Below are positions 33,597 to 43,265 of a DNA stretch of 49,819 nt, piece by piece (the first letter of the stretch is position 1; every line of letters starts with the position of its first letter). This DNA comes from an uncultured Pseudomonadota bacterium (GTDB lineage Bacteria > Desulfobacterota > Binatia > Binatales > Binataceae). The notes below the pieces were generated by a model, which was not told the origin of the DNA, ran no database searches, and was given only the letters and a program-made list of their open reading frames with translations. The position numbers and the translations under genes were made by a program. Location: the NCBI GenBank assembly GCA_937889395.1, contig CALAOW010000107.1, forward strand, positions 1 to 49,819. Direction: 5' to 3'.

Positions 33597-36500
33597 ATGA
33601 GACTGGTCCGAATCGCCGCGCTTTGCGCGCTCATCGTGGCAGTCGTACTCGGCGCTTCGGCGGCGCTGATTGCAGCCAACCAGTCGCGCATCGTCGTTTA
33701 CGTTCTGGCCTCGATCCGCAACCGCACCGGCGTCGATATCATCCCGCGCGCCATCTCCGTTCATCTGGGTACTCACCTGATAGTCGTTCTCGACCAGCCG
33801 CAGGTCATCGCCAACGGGCATGAAATCGTCAAGCTGAAGTCGCTCCGCGCGCTGGTCTCGTACCATTCGATTTTGGTCAGCAGCGGGCTTCCGCTCTATC
33901 GGCTGACCGCGACCAGTCCCGAAATCACGCTGCCTGTAGCCTCCTCCGACGCGGCCGCGGTCCCCATACCGCGTCCAGGGGCGCAAACCATAAACGCGCT
34001 GCAAGACGTGCTGCACGCGCTGGCGCGGATCGCGTGGCGCGTCGACACGATCGACGCCACGGTGCGCTACGCCGACGGCGCCGAGCTTGCCAACCATGTT
34101 GGAATCGTCGCGTACCGCAGGCACCGGGACCCTTCGCTGTGGCTGCTCGGGTTCCGCGGCTCGGTACTCGGATCGCCCGTTTCCGGAGCGCAGATAAGCG
34201 GAAAGATCAGTCTTGGCGTGGGGAAACATTCCCGGCCCGGCGAATTTGCGCATGGGCAGTTGTGGGCCTGGGACGTACCGCTGGAAGGAATCGAGGCGGA
34301 GGGTTTCGCATTGGCCGGCGCGATACAGGGCAGCCTCAAGTTCTCACTTCATGACGATGGTTCGATGATCGGCGAGGCCGCTGCGGGTGCGCAGAAGTTG
34401 CTGCTCAAGAGCCAGCGGCTCGCCGCGCCAGTCGATCTGGGCGACTACTCGCTCCATGCCGGCTTCGACATCACTGGCGGCAAGTATGCCGTCACGCAGA
34501 TCGTTTTGCGCAAGGTCAACACGGCGGTGTTTTCCGCCGATACCGAGCTTCTGGGTCCTCAAAACGAGAAACCGGAGTTGGGAATCCACGTTGGCGGGTT
34601 TCATTTCGACGCCGCTGCGGCCAAACAGACACTGCTGTCGGTCCGCCATCTGCCTGCCGACCTCGTGGATATGCTCAACCGGCTCAGACCCGGCAAGGTC
34701 ACCATCGGCGCCGCGACGCTAAGCGCCGCCTTCGACGAGATTAAGACGGCGCCGCTCGATACGATTCGCAAGAATCTGGTGGTCACCGGGACCATCGAGG
34801 ACGTCGGTTTCACAATTCCAACGGATACGAAGCTGCCGCCGGTCGAAAATCTGAGTGCCCAGCTTGGTTACTCGAAAGGCTTGCTCACGATCTCGCAAGG
34901 CACCGCGAAGTTTGGAAACTCTGCGATCCACGACCTCGTCGCCAACGCCGACCTCGGCAACGGAATCGAGGGCGCGGACTATAAGACCAGCGTGAGCGTC
35001 GATGCAGACCTCGCCGAGCTCTATCCGGCCATCGCCAAGTCGCTTGATTTATATCAACTGAAGGAACGCGATCGTCTCGAACGTCTGAGCGGCCGCGTCG
35101 AAATGGTTGCTACCGCGTCTGGAAAGCTGAGCGTGAAGACCCCGGTTGCGCCCAAAGACTATCAGGTGCGCGCCGACGCCATCGGCGCCGTCCTCACCAT
35201 CAAGGGTTCGCCCGGACCGCTCAAGGTTTCACGCGGCACCGTCGCCATCAACCCGGGTTCAATCAAGTTCGACCAGCTGATGCTGGCGGCGACCGGCGGC
35301 GATGCGACGCTGGACGGCGCCGTAAATTTCGCAAGGCAGGGCATCGCCGTGCATGATCTGACGCTGGAACTTCATGATTTCCCGTCGGAAACGTGGTTGG
35401 CGCTGCTGGTCGATCCGTCCGACTTCGCGGTGAGCGGGCCGATTGGCGGCAAAGTCGTTGTCAACAGCGATCCCGGCAATCCCGGCGCCATGATCCCCGA
35501 GGGCAAGCTGACGCTCGCAAAGGGCGACGTGAAATTCAACTTCCTGCGTTCGCCAATCGTGGTTCAAGGTGCGACGCTTACGATGCGTCACAAGCAGCTC
35601 GTCTTGTCGATGCCGGGCTCGAAGCTCGAGGACCAGGCGATCAATTTCCGCATCACCGTACCCGACTACACGCATCCGTCGATTCGTATCGACGCTACCG
35701 TGCAGAAACTCGATCTCGAGGTGATGAACTTTGTGCGGATGCCGTGGTCGCCGGCCACGCCGTCGATCCATTTTCAGGTTCCTTGCAGCGGGCATATCGA
35801 AGCGCGGGCGGGAAATTTCGCCGCCTTCCAGATGACCGATCTCAAGACCGATTTTACGCGCGACCCGGCCGGCGATTGGCACGTTTATAACCTGAGCACG
35901 ACCGCTTATAGCGGAAAGATGAAGCTCGATCTTACCGGCCGTGCTCCGGACAACTGGATACACATGACGGGCAGCGCCACCGACATGGACCCTGCGCCGC
36001 TCTTCATGCTGGGTGGCAAGAACGAGCAGTCGCCATTGCTGGGCCATCTTTTTCTCGCCATCGATCTGTGGGCCAACACCGACACAAACTTCTTCGAAAC
36101 TCTTGCCGGCGACATGTCGGTGACCGTCAGAGACGGAACCCTCAACAAGTTTACGCTGCTTTCGCGCCTGCTCAGTTTTATCGACATCAAGAATTGGCTG
36201 AGCGCGAAGATTCCTGACCCGCGTGTCAATGGGGTCCCGTTCAAAACGATCATCACCGATTTCAAGGGCGAGAGCGGGCTCTTCTACACGGATAATTTCG
36301 TGCTGGAGGGGCCCGTGATGGATATCACGGCGAACGGCAGCATTCAGTTCGGCGCGGGCGCGCTCGATATGCAGGTCGGCATGTTTCCGTTCGACACGGT
36401 GGATTGGGTGGTGAACCATATTCCACTGATCGGAGAACGCATCAGTGCGGGCACGAGTAAACTGGTCGCGGCGTACTTCCACGTTAGCGGCCCGGTGAGC

Positions 36501-36602
36501 GACCCGTCGATCACGCCGAAGCCAATCACATCGGTGGCGGAGTTCGTTAAGAAAACCCTCGGGATGCCGATAAATATCATTCGTCCGAACACGATCAAGT
36601 GA
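33597..36602 (+). CDS. AsmA-like/YhdP-type bridge-like lipid transport protein
   Basis: N-terminal TM, ~1000 aa beta-rich, AsmA-type C-terminus (IPLIG...FHVSGPVSDPSITP). Confidence 0.8.
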   Translation: MRLVRIAALCALIVAVVLGASAALIAANQSRIVVYVLASIRNRTGVDIIPRAISVHLGTHLIVVLDQPQVIANGHEIVKLKSLRALVSYHSILVSSGLPLYRLTATSPEITLPVASSDAAAVPIPRPGAQTINALQDVLHALARIAWRVDTIDATVRYADGAELANHVGIVAYRRHRDPSLWLLGFRGSVLGSPVSGAQISGKISLGVGKHSRPGEFAHGQLWAWDVPLEGIEAEGFALAGAIQGSLKFSLHDDGSMIGEAAAGAQKLLLKSQRLAAPVDLGDYSLHAGFDITGGKYAVTQIVLRKVNTAVFSADTELLGPQNEKPELGIHVGGFHFDAAAAKQTLLSVRHLPADLVDMLNRLRPGKVTIGAATLSAAFDEIKTAPLDTIRKNLVVTGTIEDVGFTIPTDTKLPPVENLSAQLGYSKGLLTISQGTAKFGNSAIHDLVANADLGNGIEGADYKTSVSVDADLAELYPAIAKSLDLYQLKERDRLERLSGRVEMVATASGKLSVKTPVAPKDYQVRADAIGAVLTIKGSPGPLKVSRGTVAINPGSIKFDQLMLAATGGDATLDGAVNFARQGIAVHDLTLELHDFPSETWLALLVDPSDFAVSGPIGGKVVVNSDPGNPGAMIPEGKLTLAKGDVKFNFLRSPIVVQGATLTMRHKQLVLSMPGSKLEDQAINFRITVPDYTHPSIRIDATVQKLDLEVMNFVRMPWSPATPSIHFQVPCSGHIEARAGNFAAFQMTDLKTDFTRDPAGDWHVYNLSTTAYSGKMKLDLTGRAPDNWIHMTGSATDMDPAPLFMLGGKNEQSPLLGHLFLAIDLWANTDTNFFETLAGDMSVTVRDGTLNKFTLLSRLLSFIDIKNWLSAKIPDPRVNGVPFKTIITDFKGESGLFYTDNFVLEGPVMDITANGSIQFGAGALDMQVGMFPFDTVDWVVNHIPLIGERISAGTSKLVAAYFHVSGPVSDPSITPKPITSVAEFVKKTLGMPINIIRPNTIK

Positions 36603-37309
36603 GCCCGTCGCGGCCAGCGCTGATCGTATTTTGCCGCGAGCCCGTCGCGCATCGGAACAAGACCCGATTGATCGGAGCAATGACGGCCACAGCCGCGGCA
36701 GCATTGTCCGACGCGTTCATTCGCGACGCGCTCGCCAAGGCAGTCTCGATCGGCCCCTCCCGGATCATTATCGCGGCGAGTGCAGCGGGTGGCGCCGAGC
36801 GCAGCAAATACTTCCGGCGGCTCGCGCGGCGATTCGGCGCCGAACTGATCGATCAAGGAGATGGGTCGTTGGGCAAGCGGATGGCGCGGGTGCTCGAACC
36901 CTTTTCATCTTCCGGCGCGCTGCTGATCGGCACCGATACGCCTTCTCTTCCAATTCCGCCGCTCGCAGCCAGCCTCGAAGCACTGCGCCGCAATCGCGTC
37001 GTGCTCGCGCCGAGTCTCGACGGCGGCTACTACGCGGTCGGCGTGCGCGGCGCGATGCCCCCGATCTTCACCGGGATCCGATGGGGCAGCGGCAGCGTGT
37101 TCGATTCAACCGTAAAGCGTCTCGAACGCGCCGGCATTCGGTACGCGCTGGGTCCGGCGTGGTATGACATCGATCGATGGGCCGACGTGATGCTGTTGGC
37201 GGCGCATCTGCGACTGTTGGCGCGAGCGCGCCGTCGCGGGGGCGCGTCGCCGTGCCCCGCGACCGAGTTTGTCCTAAATCGGCTTGGAGTCCTGCGCGAC
37301 GATCGCTAG
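36599..37309 (+). CDS. DUF2064/TIGR04282-family glycosyltransferase-like (CofC-like) protein
   Basis: F.REP....KTRL, QGDGSLGKRM, IGTDTP, LAPSLDGGYY, WYDID. Confidence 0.88.
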   Translation: MSPSRPALIVFCREPVAHRNKTRLIGAMTATAAAALSDAFIRDALAKAVSIGPSRIIIAASAAGGAERSKYFRRLARRFGAELIDQGDGSLGKRMARVLEPFSSSGALLIGTDTPSLPIPPLAASLEALRRNRVVLAPSLDGGYYAVGVRGAMPPIFTGIRWGSGSVFDSTVKRLERAGIRYALGPAWYDIDRWADVMLLAAHLRLLARARRRGGASPCPATEFVLNRLGVLRDDR

Positions 37310-37344
37310 AGTACCCCGATGCGCGGCAAGACGACCGCCGATTC

Positions 37345-37593
37345 ATGATCGAGCTGATTCTCTACACACGAAACGACTGCGGGCTGTGCCGCGAGATGGA
37401 AGAGATGATTGCGGCCGAACTTCCGAAATTCGACGCGCGTCTCCAGCGGATCGAGATCGACGGCGACGCCGGCCTCGAGGCCCGCTTCGGAGTCGAAGTG
37501 CCGGTTCTGTTCGTGAACGATCGCAAGGCGTTCAAGTATCGATGCACTCCCGGCGAGTTGCGCAAACGCCTGGCGCGCGAGGCACGGAGCTGA
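37345..37593 (+). CDS. Glutaredoxin-like protein (DUF836)
   Basis: LYTRNDCGLC, VPVLFVN. Confidence 0.85.
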   Translation: MIELILYTRNDCGLCREMEEMIAAELPKFDARLQRIEIDGDAGLEARFGVEVPVLFVNDRKAFKYRCTPGELRKRLAREARS

Positions 37594-37594
37594 G

Positions 37595-38674
37595 ATGCCG
37601 CCGCGAACGCCGCATCGTCTGAAGGCGGTCCGGATTGCGATTGCGGGCGCCGGCGCGATTACCGAACGCGCGCATATTCCGGCGCTGCGGAGCGTCGCCG
37701 ACGCTCAAATCGTCGCGATACAGAGTCGCACCGCTGACAAGGCCGAGCGCGTTGCACGGGCGATTTGGCCGGGCGACGCAGGGCGGCCGAAGGTCTATTC
37801 CGATTTCGACGAGATGTTGGCGCGCGAGCGTCCCGACGCGGTCGGAATCTTCACGCCGAACCATTTGCATTGCGAATTTACCGTAAAGGCGCTCAGCGCG
37901 GGCGCGCACGTGCTGGTGGAAAAGCCGATGGCGCCGACGGCGGCCGCCGCGCGCGAGATGGTCGATGCGGCGGCGAAGGCTCGGCGGGTGCTGATGGTCG
38001 CGATGCAGCAGCGCTTCGGCGGAGTCGAGCGCGCCATCAAGGATGCGGTCACGAGCGGAGCGATTGGCAGGCCCCATTTCATTCGCGCGCGCCTTTCGCA
38101 TGGCGGACCCGAGTCCTGGGCGCCGGGACAGAAGTGGTTCACGACGGCTTCGCAAGCAGGTGGCGGCGCGATGCTCGATCTTGGCGTTCATGTCGCCGAT
38201 CTTGCAATCTGGATCATGGGCGAGGCCGATTCCGTGTCTGGACAGGTTGGCATCCTGGCCAAACAGATCGAAGTCGAGGACACGGGCGCGATGATCATCC
38301 ACTTCAAGTCGGGTGCGATCGGCGTCGTCGAGGCGAGTTGGAGCAGCATGCCGCCGCTGTCGGCGATCGAGATTTACGGGGATGAGGGCAGGGTGATGGC
38401 GGGTTATCCACGGCAGGACATTTCGATTCTGAAAGCCGACGGCAGTCCGGCGCCGGGGTTCTCGCGCGACGAGGTGATGAGTCGTTTCGATCCACGCGAT
38501 CGGCTCGCTCCGTTTCGCGAACTCGCGGCAAACTTCGTGGGTGCGATTCAAGGCCGGGTGAAACCATCGCCCGACGGGAACGACGGACTGCGTGCGGTCG
38601 AGGCGATCGAGGCTTGCTATCGTTCGTCGCGGAGCGGTACTCGAATCAGGCTGCCGCTCGATCGGGCACAATAG
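37595..38674 (+). CDS. Gfo/Idh/MocA-family oxidoreductase
   Basis: GAGAI, TPNHLH, HVLVEKPM, GGGAMLDLGVH. Confidence 0.93.
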   Translation: MPPRTPHRLKAVRIAIAGAGAITERAHIPALRSVADAQIVAIQSRTADKAERVARAIWPGDAGRPKVYSDFDEMLARERPDAVGIFTPNHLHCEFTVKALSAGAHVLVEKPMAPTAAAAREMVDAAAKARRVLMVAMQQRFGGVERAIKDAVTSGAIGRPHFIRARLSHGGPESWAPGQKWFTTASQAGGGAMLDLGVHVADLAIWIMGEADSVSGQVGILAKQIEVEDTGAMIIHFKSGAIGVVEASWSSMPPLSAIEIYGDEGRVMAGYPRQDISILKADGSPAPGFSRDEVMSRFDPRDRLAPFRELAANFVGAIQGRVKPSPDGNDGLRAVEAIEACYRSSRSGTRIRLPLDRAQ

Positions 38675-38946
38675 CGGTTCTGCGCATCCGCGGGAGGAAG
38701 GAAAATGGCGCTAGAGCCGGATGAAAAACAACGGGGGTAACAAACAACTGGTCCCGCTAAGGGCGATTTCATCGCTCCTCCGGAGGTAGCAGACAGCGAC
38801 GAGCGGGCGGAGGCGCTGCCGCAAGAGGAGGAGTTCTGGCGACCGCCTACACGCTTCGGCAGCGTGCCGGACTTTATTTCAAGTTGCTGTTCGACGATCT
38901 TGGTAGTCAAAGTGCCCCTCCTTAGCGGAGAGCTGCGGGTGCCAGC

Positions 38947-40191
38947 CTAAAGCGCCATCGGTTCTCCGTCATTTAGGCGCGCTATCGAGCCGAACCCTTC
39001 CGTATCTTCATCCCACGCGACTCCATGAATGGGCACGAGACGCTTGGGATTCATTGCTCGCGCGAATGCCCGCAAATCGGCGGGAGACGCGTGGCCACTC
39101 GTGTGAAGGTGCACGGCGCGGCTGCCTGCGTCGGTAAACCACTTATAAACGAAAGCGCCATTTTCGTTCTTAAAATAGCCACGCCACATCGACCAGCACC
39201 AAGCGTCCTCGGCCGTTGGCACGATCCCCTTGCGTGCGTAGTCACGAATGAGAGAGGGCCGGACCATCACTACCCACTTCGACCGCGTTTCCGCGAGTTT
39301 GCTCGCGGAAATGCCATACGGCACCATGCGTTCGACAAACGATTCCCGTCCGGTCCGTCGATACATCCGGGCGAAGGCGCTGGTGACGACAACCTTCAGA
39401 TTTTTCCAGCCGGGCCTCGGCAGCTTTCCGAAATCGGCAAGCGCCTCCATCACCTCAGCGGTGTAGAGATCGACGACCAACGTTCTGCCGGTCTTCAGAC
39501 ATGCCCGGTAAAGAGTGACCGTGCGATCGATATTCTGAGCGGACCACGCGACGAAAACCCGACCCACCGTCGATCGGAACAATTCGGCGAATTCGCCTTC
39601 AAGATCGTCTTCCGTGATGCATGGTTTGTCGCTGCCCAGGTTGGTTCCCTCCATAAGCAATACGTCCAATTGCTTTGGCGGCTTGGCCATCAATCGATGC
39701 ACCAGAACGAATTTCCGGCCATGCATTCTGAAATCGCCGGAGTACATGATCCGCCTGCCGCAAACCTCTATCAGGAGCATATGCGCGTCGAAGGCAGAAT
39801 GGTCGATCAGAAATGGCGTCACGACGAATGGACCGATTTGAAAGGCGGCGCCACTCTTCCAAGAGGCGAATGCATTCGTCAGCGTTTTTCCGAACATCGC
39901 GGAACTCAGCTGGATAAGCCGTTGAGTCGCCGCACCGGAGAATACCGGCCAGTTCGAGGGCGCCTCCTCCAGCAGGCCATAGTGATCCATGTGCGGATGT
40001 GAGATCAGAACCCCGTCGACCGGAGCCGTAAGGTCCAACGATTTTGGCAAAAGCTCGCGAGCGTCTTCCGGCGCATCGAGCGGACGCCCCACGTCGAGAA
40101 TGACCCTGTGTCCATCGGCTGCGCTAATTTCGATGCAGTTGCCACCGATCTCGTGCGTGGAACGATGAACGGTCAAACGAACGCCGGTCAA
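38947..40191 (-). CDS. Metallo-beta-lactamase/beta-CASP (RNase J-like) nuclease
   Basis: EIGGNC, ISHPHMDHYG, DHSAFDA, YSGDFRMHG, LMEGT, HTSGHA, PIHG. Confidence 0.92.
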   Translation of the reverse strand: MTGVRLTVHRSTHEIGGNCIEISAADGHRVILDVGRPLDAPEDARELLPKSLDLTAPVDGVLISHPHMDHYGLLEEAPSNWPVFSGAATQRLIQLSSAMFGKTLTNAFASWKSGAAFQIGPFVVTPFLIDHSAFDAHMLLIEVCGRRIMYSGDFRMHGRKFVLVHRLMAKPPKQLDVLLMEGTNLGSDKPCITEDDLEGEFAELFRSTVGRVFVAWSAQNIDRTVTLYRACLKTGRTLVVDLYTAEVMEALADFGKLPRPGWKNLKVVVTSAFARMYRRTGRESFVERMVPYGISASKLAETRSKWVVMVRPSLIRDYARKGIVPTAEDAWCWSMWRGYFKNENGAFVYKWFTDAGSRAVHLHTSGHASPADLRAFARAMNPKRLVPIHGVAWDEDTEGFGSIARLNDGEPMAL

Positions 40192-41132
40192 GCTGCCCCC
40201 GGAGGTGACAAGGTATAAGGACGGTTACTCAGGAGAACCCAAGGAATTTTCTCTTCTTCTAACCGCGTCCGCAATTGCTTCAGATGAAAACTCGAGTTTC
40301 CCTTTGTTTGATACTGCTCTGCACCAAATATGACGAGGCGCGGAATAGGATCCACGCTCAGTCTGGAATTCTCCTTAGCTGCCTCAAAGACTAGCGGATG
40401 TAGAGCCGTGCGATCTTCGAAGGTTGACACCATTGTGCGCATTCTGATCAACAGTTGGCACGCGGATCTATAACCTTTCACGACTTCTTCAGCTCGATCT
40501 TGATGCTTGAAATACTCTCCATACTTTTTAAGCGTTTCTATAACTTCTGGATCCGATCGGGAGCGCAGACGCGGATCATCGATCATCTTCGCCTCCCAAA
40601 AGACGATCTTGAGGTCGGAGTCCTGCCGTTCCAGAGCGACGCAATCGATTCTGCTGTGGTACGAAGGCAGCCCCATCTCCAGGTCAATTATTGAGGGATC
40701 GGCGGCAACCAGGTCATCAATGCACGGTTTCTCTGTTTTGGTATGAAGGTTGGCCTGCTTAATCCATTTTCCGAGGGTTTTCGCACCATGGTAATGCACG
40801 GTCGCTTTCGAATTAGAGCGCGAGACCTCCGTCCCCATGAGACGGGCGTAGTCGTCGCCTTTCTCATCCGAACCGAAAACATACTTTGCGTGGATTCTGA
40901 AATAGGGCAGACCCGCTCGCGTAAAGCGGACCCGAGCGACCGATTGGCCTCGTGAGTACAGGTTAAAGTAGTTGCGTCTTATCGCAAGCCGAAGTCCCAT
41001 CCGGTCTGCCGGGGTACCGCTCAGGCGCCAAAGCGATAGCAAGTCTTTCCACCAGTTCTGGCCAGCCGCTTCGGCGAGGAACTGCAACGATTCCAGACTC
41101 TTTTCGCGCAACACTCGCGCAAATTTATTCAT
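40188..41132 (-). CDS. Hypothetical protein with PD-(D/E)XK-like nuclease motif
   Basis: DLE...RIDCVAL...VFWEAK...EVIETLKKY; GGAAGGAG RBS; TTGA stop/start overlap with the MBL gene. Confidence 0.75.
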   Translation of the reverse strand: MNKFARVLREKSLESLQFLAEAAGQNWWKDLLSLWRLSGTPADRMGLRLAIRRNYFNLYSRGQSVARVRFTRAGLPYFRIHAKYVFGSDEKGDDYARLMGTEVSRSNSKATVHYHGAKTLGKWIKQANLHTKTEKPCIDDLVAADPSIIDLEMGLPSYHSRIDCVALERQDSDLKIVFWEAKMIDDPRLRSRSDPEVIETLKKYGEYFKHQDRAEEVVKGYRSACQLLIRMRTMVSTFEDRTALHPLVFEAAKENSRLSVDPIPRLVIFGAEQYQTKGNSSFHLKQLRTRLEEEKIPWVLLSNRPYTLSPPGAA

Positions 41133-41225
41133 GCGCTCCTTCCGCGTGCTTTAATCCGTTCAGAAGACGGTTGGTGACCGCGTCGCAAGGGCGCGGGTTT
41201 CGAATGCGAATGGCGTCTTGCATTC

Positions 41226-41762
41226 CTACTCAGGGCGGTTTGTAAAGGCTTCGTCGAACGCGTTCTCCAGCGCAACATTGATGCCGCGGATATTATCGAC
41301 TACGCTCTTTGCCCAATCAAAGTATTGTTGTTTTCGCACCAGGGGCCACCCGGCTGGAGGATCCTGGACGATATCTCTCAGATTACAGACCTTGTCGGCT
41401 AGCTTGACGATTCTCGCGCGGGGAGAAAGCGATGAAGCGTGTTCCAGCTGTCGGCGCTTCCGCTCTTCCTTGGACAATCTCTTGTCATCGGTGAGTTCGG
41501 CCACCAACTGCGAAATTACCGGTCCGAATTCCGCTTTGAGTTCCTCCGCCGTAGTGCAGGTGTCTTCAACCGTATCGTGGAGGAGCGCCGCTGCGATTAT
41601 CTCCGGGTCGCTGACATTCGCCGTGCGGACCAGCAAATCTGCCAACGCGATCGGGTGGTTGATGTACGGAATCGGCTCAGAGCCCTTTCGGACCTGATGA
41701 CGATGTTTGTATGCCGCGAACGACAAAGCTTTCAACAATAGATTTGTATCAAATTCCGCCAC
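41226..41762 (-). CDS. Mesh1-like HD-domain small alarmone hydrolase
   Basis: FAAYKHRHQVRK, PYINHP, ALLHDTVEDT, LTDDK, VKLADKVCNLRD, YFDWAK. Confidence 0.92.
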   Translation of the reverse strand: MAEFDTNLLLKALSFAAYKHRHQVRKGSEPIPYINHPIALADLLVRTANVSDPEIIAAALLHDTVEDTCTTAEELKAEFGPVISQLVAELTDDKRLSKEERKRRQLEHASSLSPRARIVKLADKVCNLRDIVQDPPAGWPLVRKQQYFDWAKSVVDNIRGINVALENAFDEAFTNRPE

Positions 41763-42161
41763 TAATTCATTTTACTCTAGCTAACCTGGGACTCCCAGTG
41801 CGCAGCGCCGTTGATTAAGCTGAATCTGTCTTATCGCAGCATAGGTCCAGAGAAAATCTGACCGAGATGCTTTCGAGAACTAAGAGTCAGTAATCAACCA
41901 GTTCCTGAAGCGGTGAGGACGTCGGTGCCAGGTTCTTGCAGGCGGACGACACAATAACCGTCGCGGCCATGAAAATCGCGACGGCGATGCATTGGACGGA
42001 TCGCGGCATCAACGCACTCCGAGGCGATGTCATTGAGGCGTGATCATTGCTCTCCAACGGGAACATGGATCAATGCTAAAGTCGTACTACGATTCAAAAG
42101 GGGTGAAGATTGCGTGCCCGAGGTACTCGAATCAGGCTGCCGCTCGATTCATAATTCACCC

Positions 42162-43265
42162 ATGTTTCGCAAATCGATCAAAAAGATGGCGGCGTATCGG
42201 CCCGGCGAGCAGCCTCGCCCGGGCCAGCGCTTAATCAAGCTCAACACCAATGAAAATCCGTATCCGCCGTCGCCGCGGGTACGCCGCGCGGTCGCGAAAG
42301 CGATGGCAGGATCGACGATCCGCCTGTATCCGGCGCCGCGTGCCGATGAATTCGTGGCGAGCGCCTCGCGGGTCTACTCGATACCGCAAAGCATGATCAT
42401 CGCGGGCAACGGATCGGACGAACTGCTGGCGATGGTGTTTCGTGCGACGCTCGGAAGCGGCGACACTGTGGCATATCCGATCCCGACGTATTCGCTGTAC
42501 GACACGCTGGCGCTGGTGCAGGAGGCGCGAATCCTTCAATTTCCGGTCGGCGCCGACTTCGAGCTGCCGCTCGACGGGCTTGCTCAGGCGCGCGCCAATC
42601 TGACGATCGTGTGCAGTCCCAATTCGCCGTCGGGCACCTCAACTCCCACCCGCAGCCTGGGCGCGCTGGCGAAACGCCTGGAGGGCAGATTGCTGGTGAT
42701 CGACGAAGCGTACGCGGACTTTGCCGACGAGAATGCGCTCGGCCTGATGCGGCGCTATCGCAACGTGGTAGTTCTGCGCACCCTGTCGAAGTCCTATTCG
42801 CTGGCCGGGATGCGGCTGGGCCTGTGTTTTGCGCATCCGGCGGTGATCGACGCGCTGCTGAAGGTCAAGGATTCGTACAACTTGAGCCGGGTTGCGCTGG
42901 CCGCGGGGGCCGAAGCGATCCGCGACTCCGGTTGGATGCGCCGCAATGTCGCGAAAGTAATTCGGACGCGCGCTCTGAGCGAGGCGCGGCTGCGCAAGCT
43001 CGGCTTCCTGGTGCCGCCGTCGCAGGCCAATTTCGTGCTCGCGCGGATGCCGGGCCGCGACCTGGCGCCCGTCACGCGAGGGCTGCGGCGGGCCGGAATC
43101 CTGGTCCGGCATTTCGCGACACCGTTGCTTCAGGACGCGATCCGAATCTCGATTGGAACTCCGGCCGAGATGGCGGCGCTGTTCAAGGCGCTCAAGCCGT
43201 TGGTCCGCGCAAGTCAATCCAAATCCAAATCCAAATCGAAATCGAAGCGCCGCATCGATACGTGA
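42162..43265 (+). CDS. hisC: Histidinol-phosphate aminotransferase
   Basis: KLNTNENPYPP, GNGSDE, SPNSPSG, IDEAYADF, RTLSKSYSLAGMRLG. Confidence 0.93.
   Translation: MFRKSIKKMAAYRPGEQPRPGQRLIKLNTNENPYPPSPRVRRAVAKAMAGSTIRLYPAPRADEFVASASRVYSIPQSMIIAGNGSDELLAMVFRATLGSGDTVAYPIPTYSLYDTLALVQEARILQFPVGADFELPLDGLAQARANLTIVCSPNSPSGTSTPTRSLGALAKRLEGRLLVIDEAYADFADENALGLMRRYRNVVVLRTLSKSYSLAGMRLGLCFAHPAVIDALLKVKDSYNLSRVALAAGAEAIRDSGWMRRNVAKVIRTRALSEARLRKLGFLVPPSQANFVLARMPGRDLAPVTRGLRRAGILVRHFATPLLQDAIRISIGTPAEMAALFKALKPLVRASQSKSKSKSKSKRRIDT

Larger units (their letters stand above)
38662..42121. mobile_element. Integrase-less inserted islet with long flanking direct repeat and 8-bp terminal inverted repeats
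   Basis: GGTACTCGAATCAGGCTGCCGCTCGAT identical at 38636-38662 and 42122-42148; TCGGGCAC (38662-38669) and GTGCCCGA (42114-42121); visibly more AT-rich cargo on the opposite strand to the flanks. Confidence 0.85.

Noticed and set aside
31713-34253. Long antisense ORFs (846 aa here; also 9571-11214, 35259-36704, 2400-3494, 39025-40002)
   Set aside because: Shadow frames of well-supported genes in high-GC DNA; no recognisable motifs
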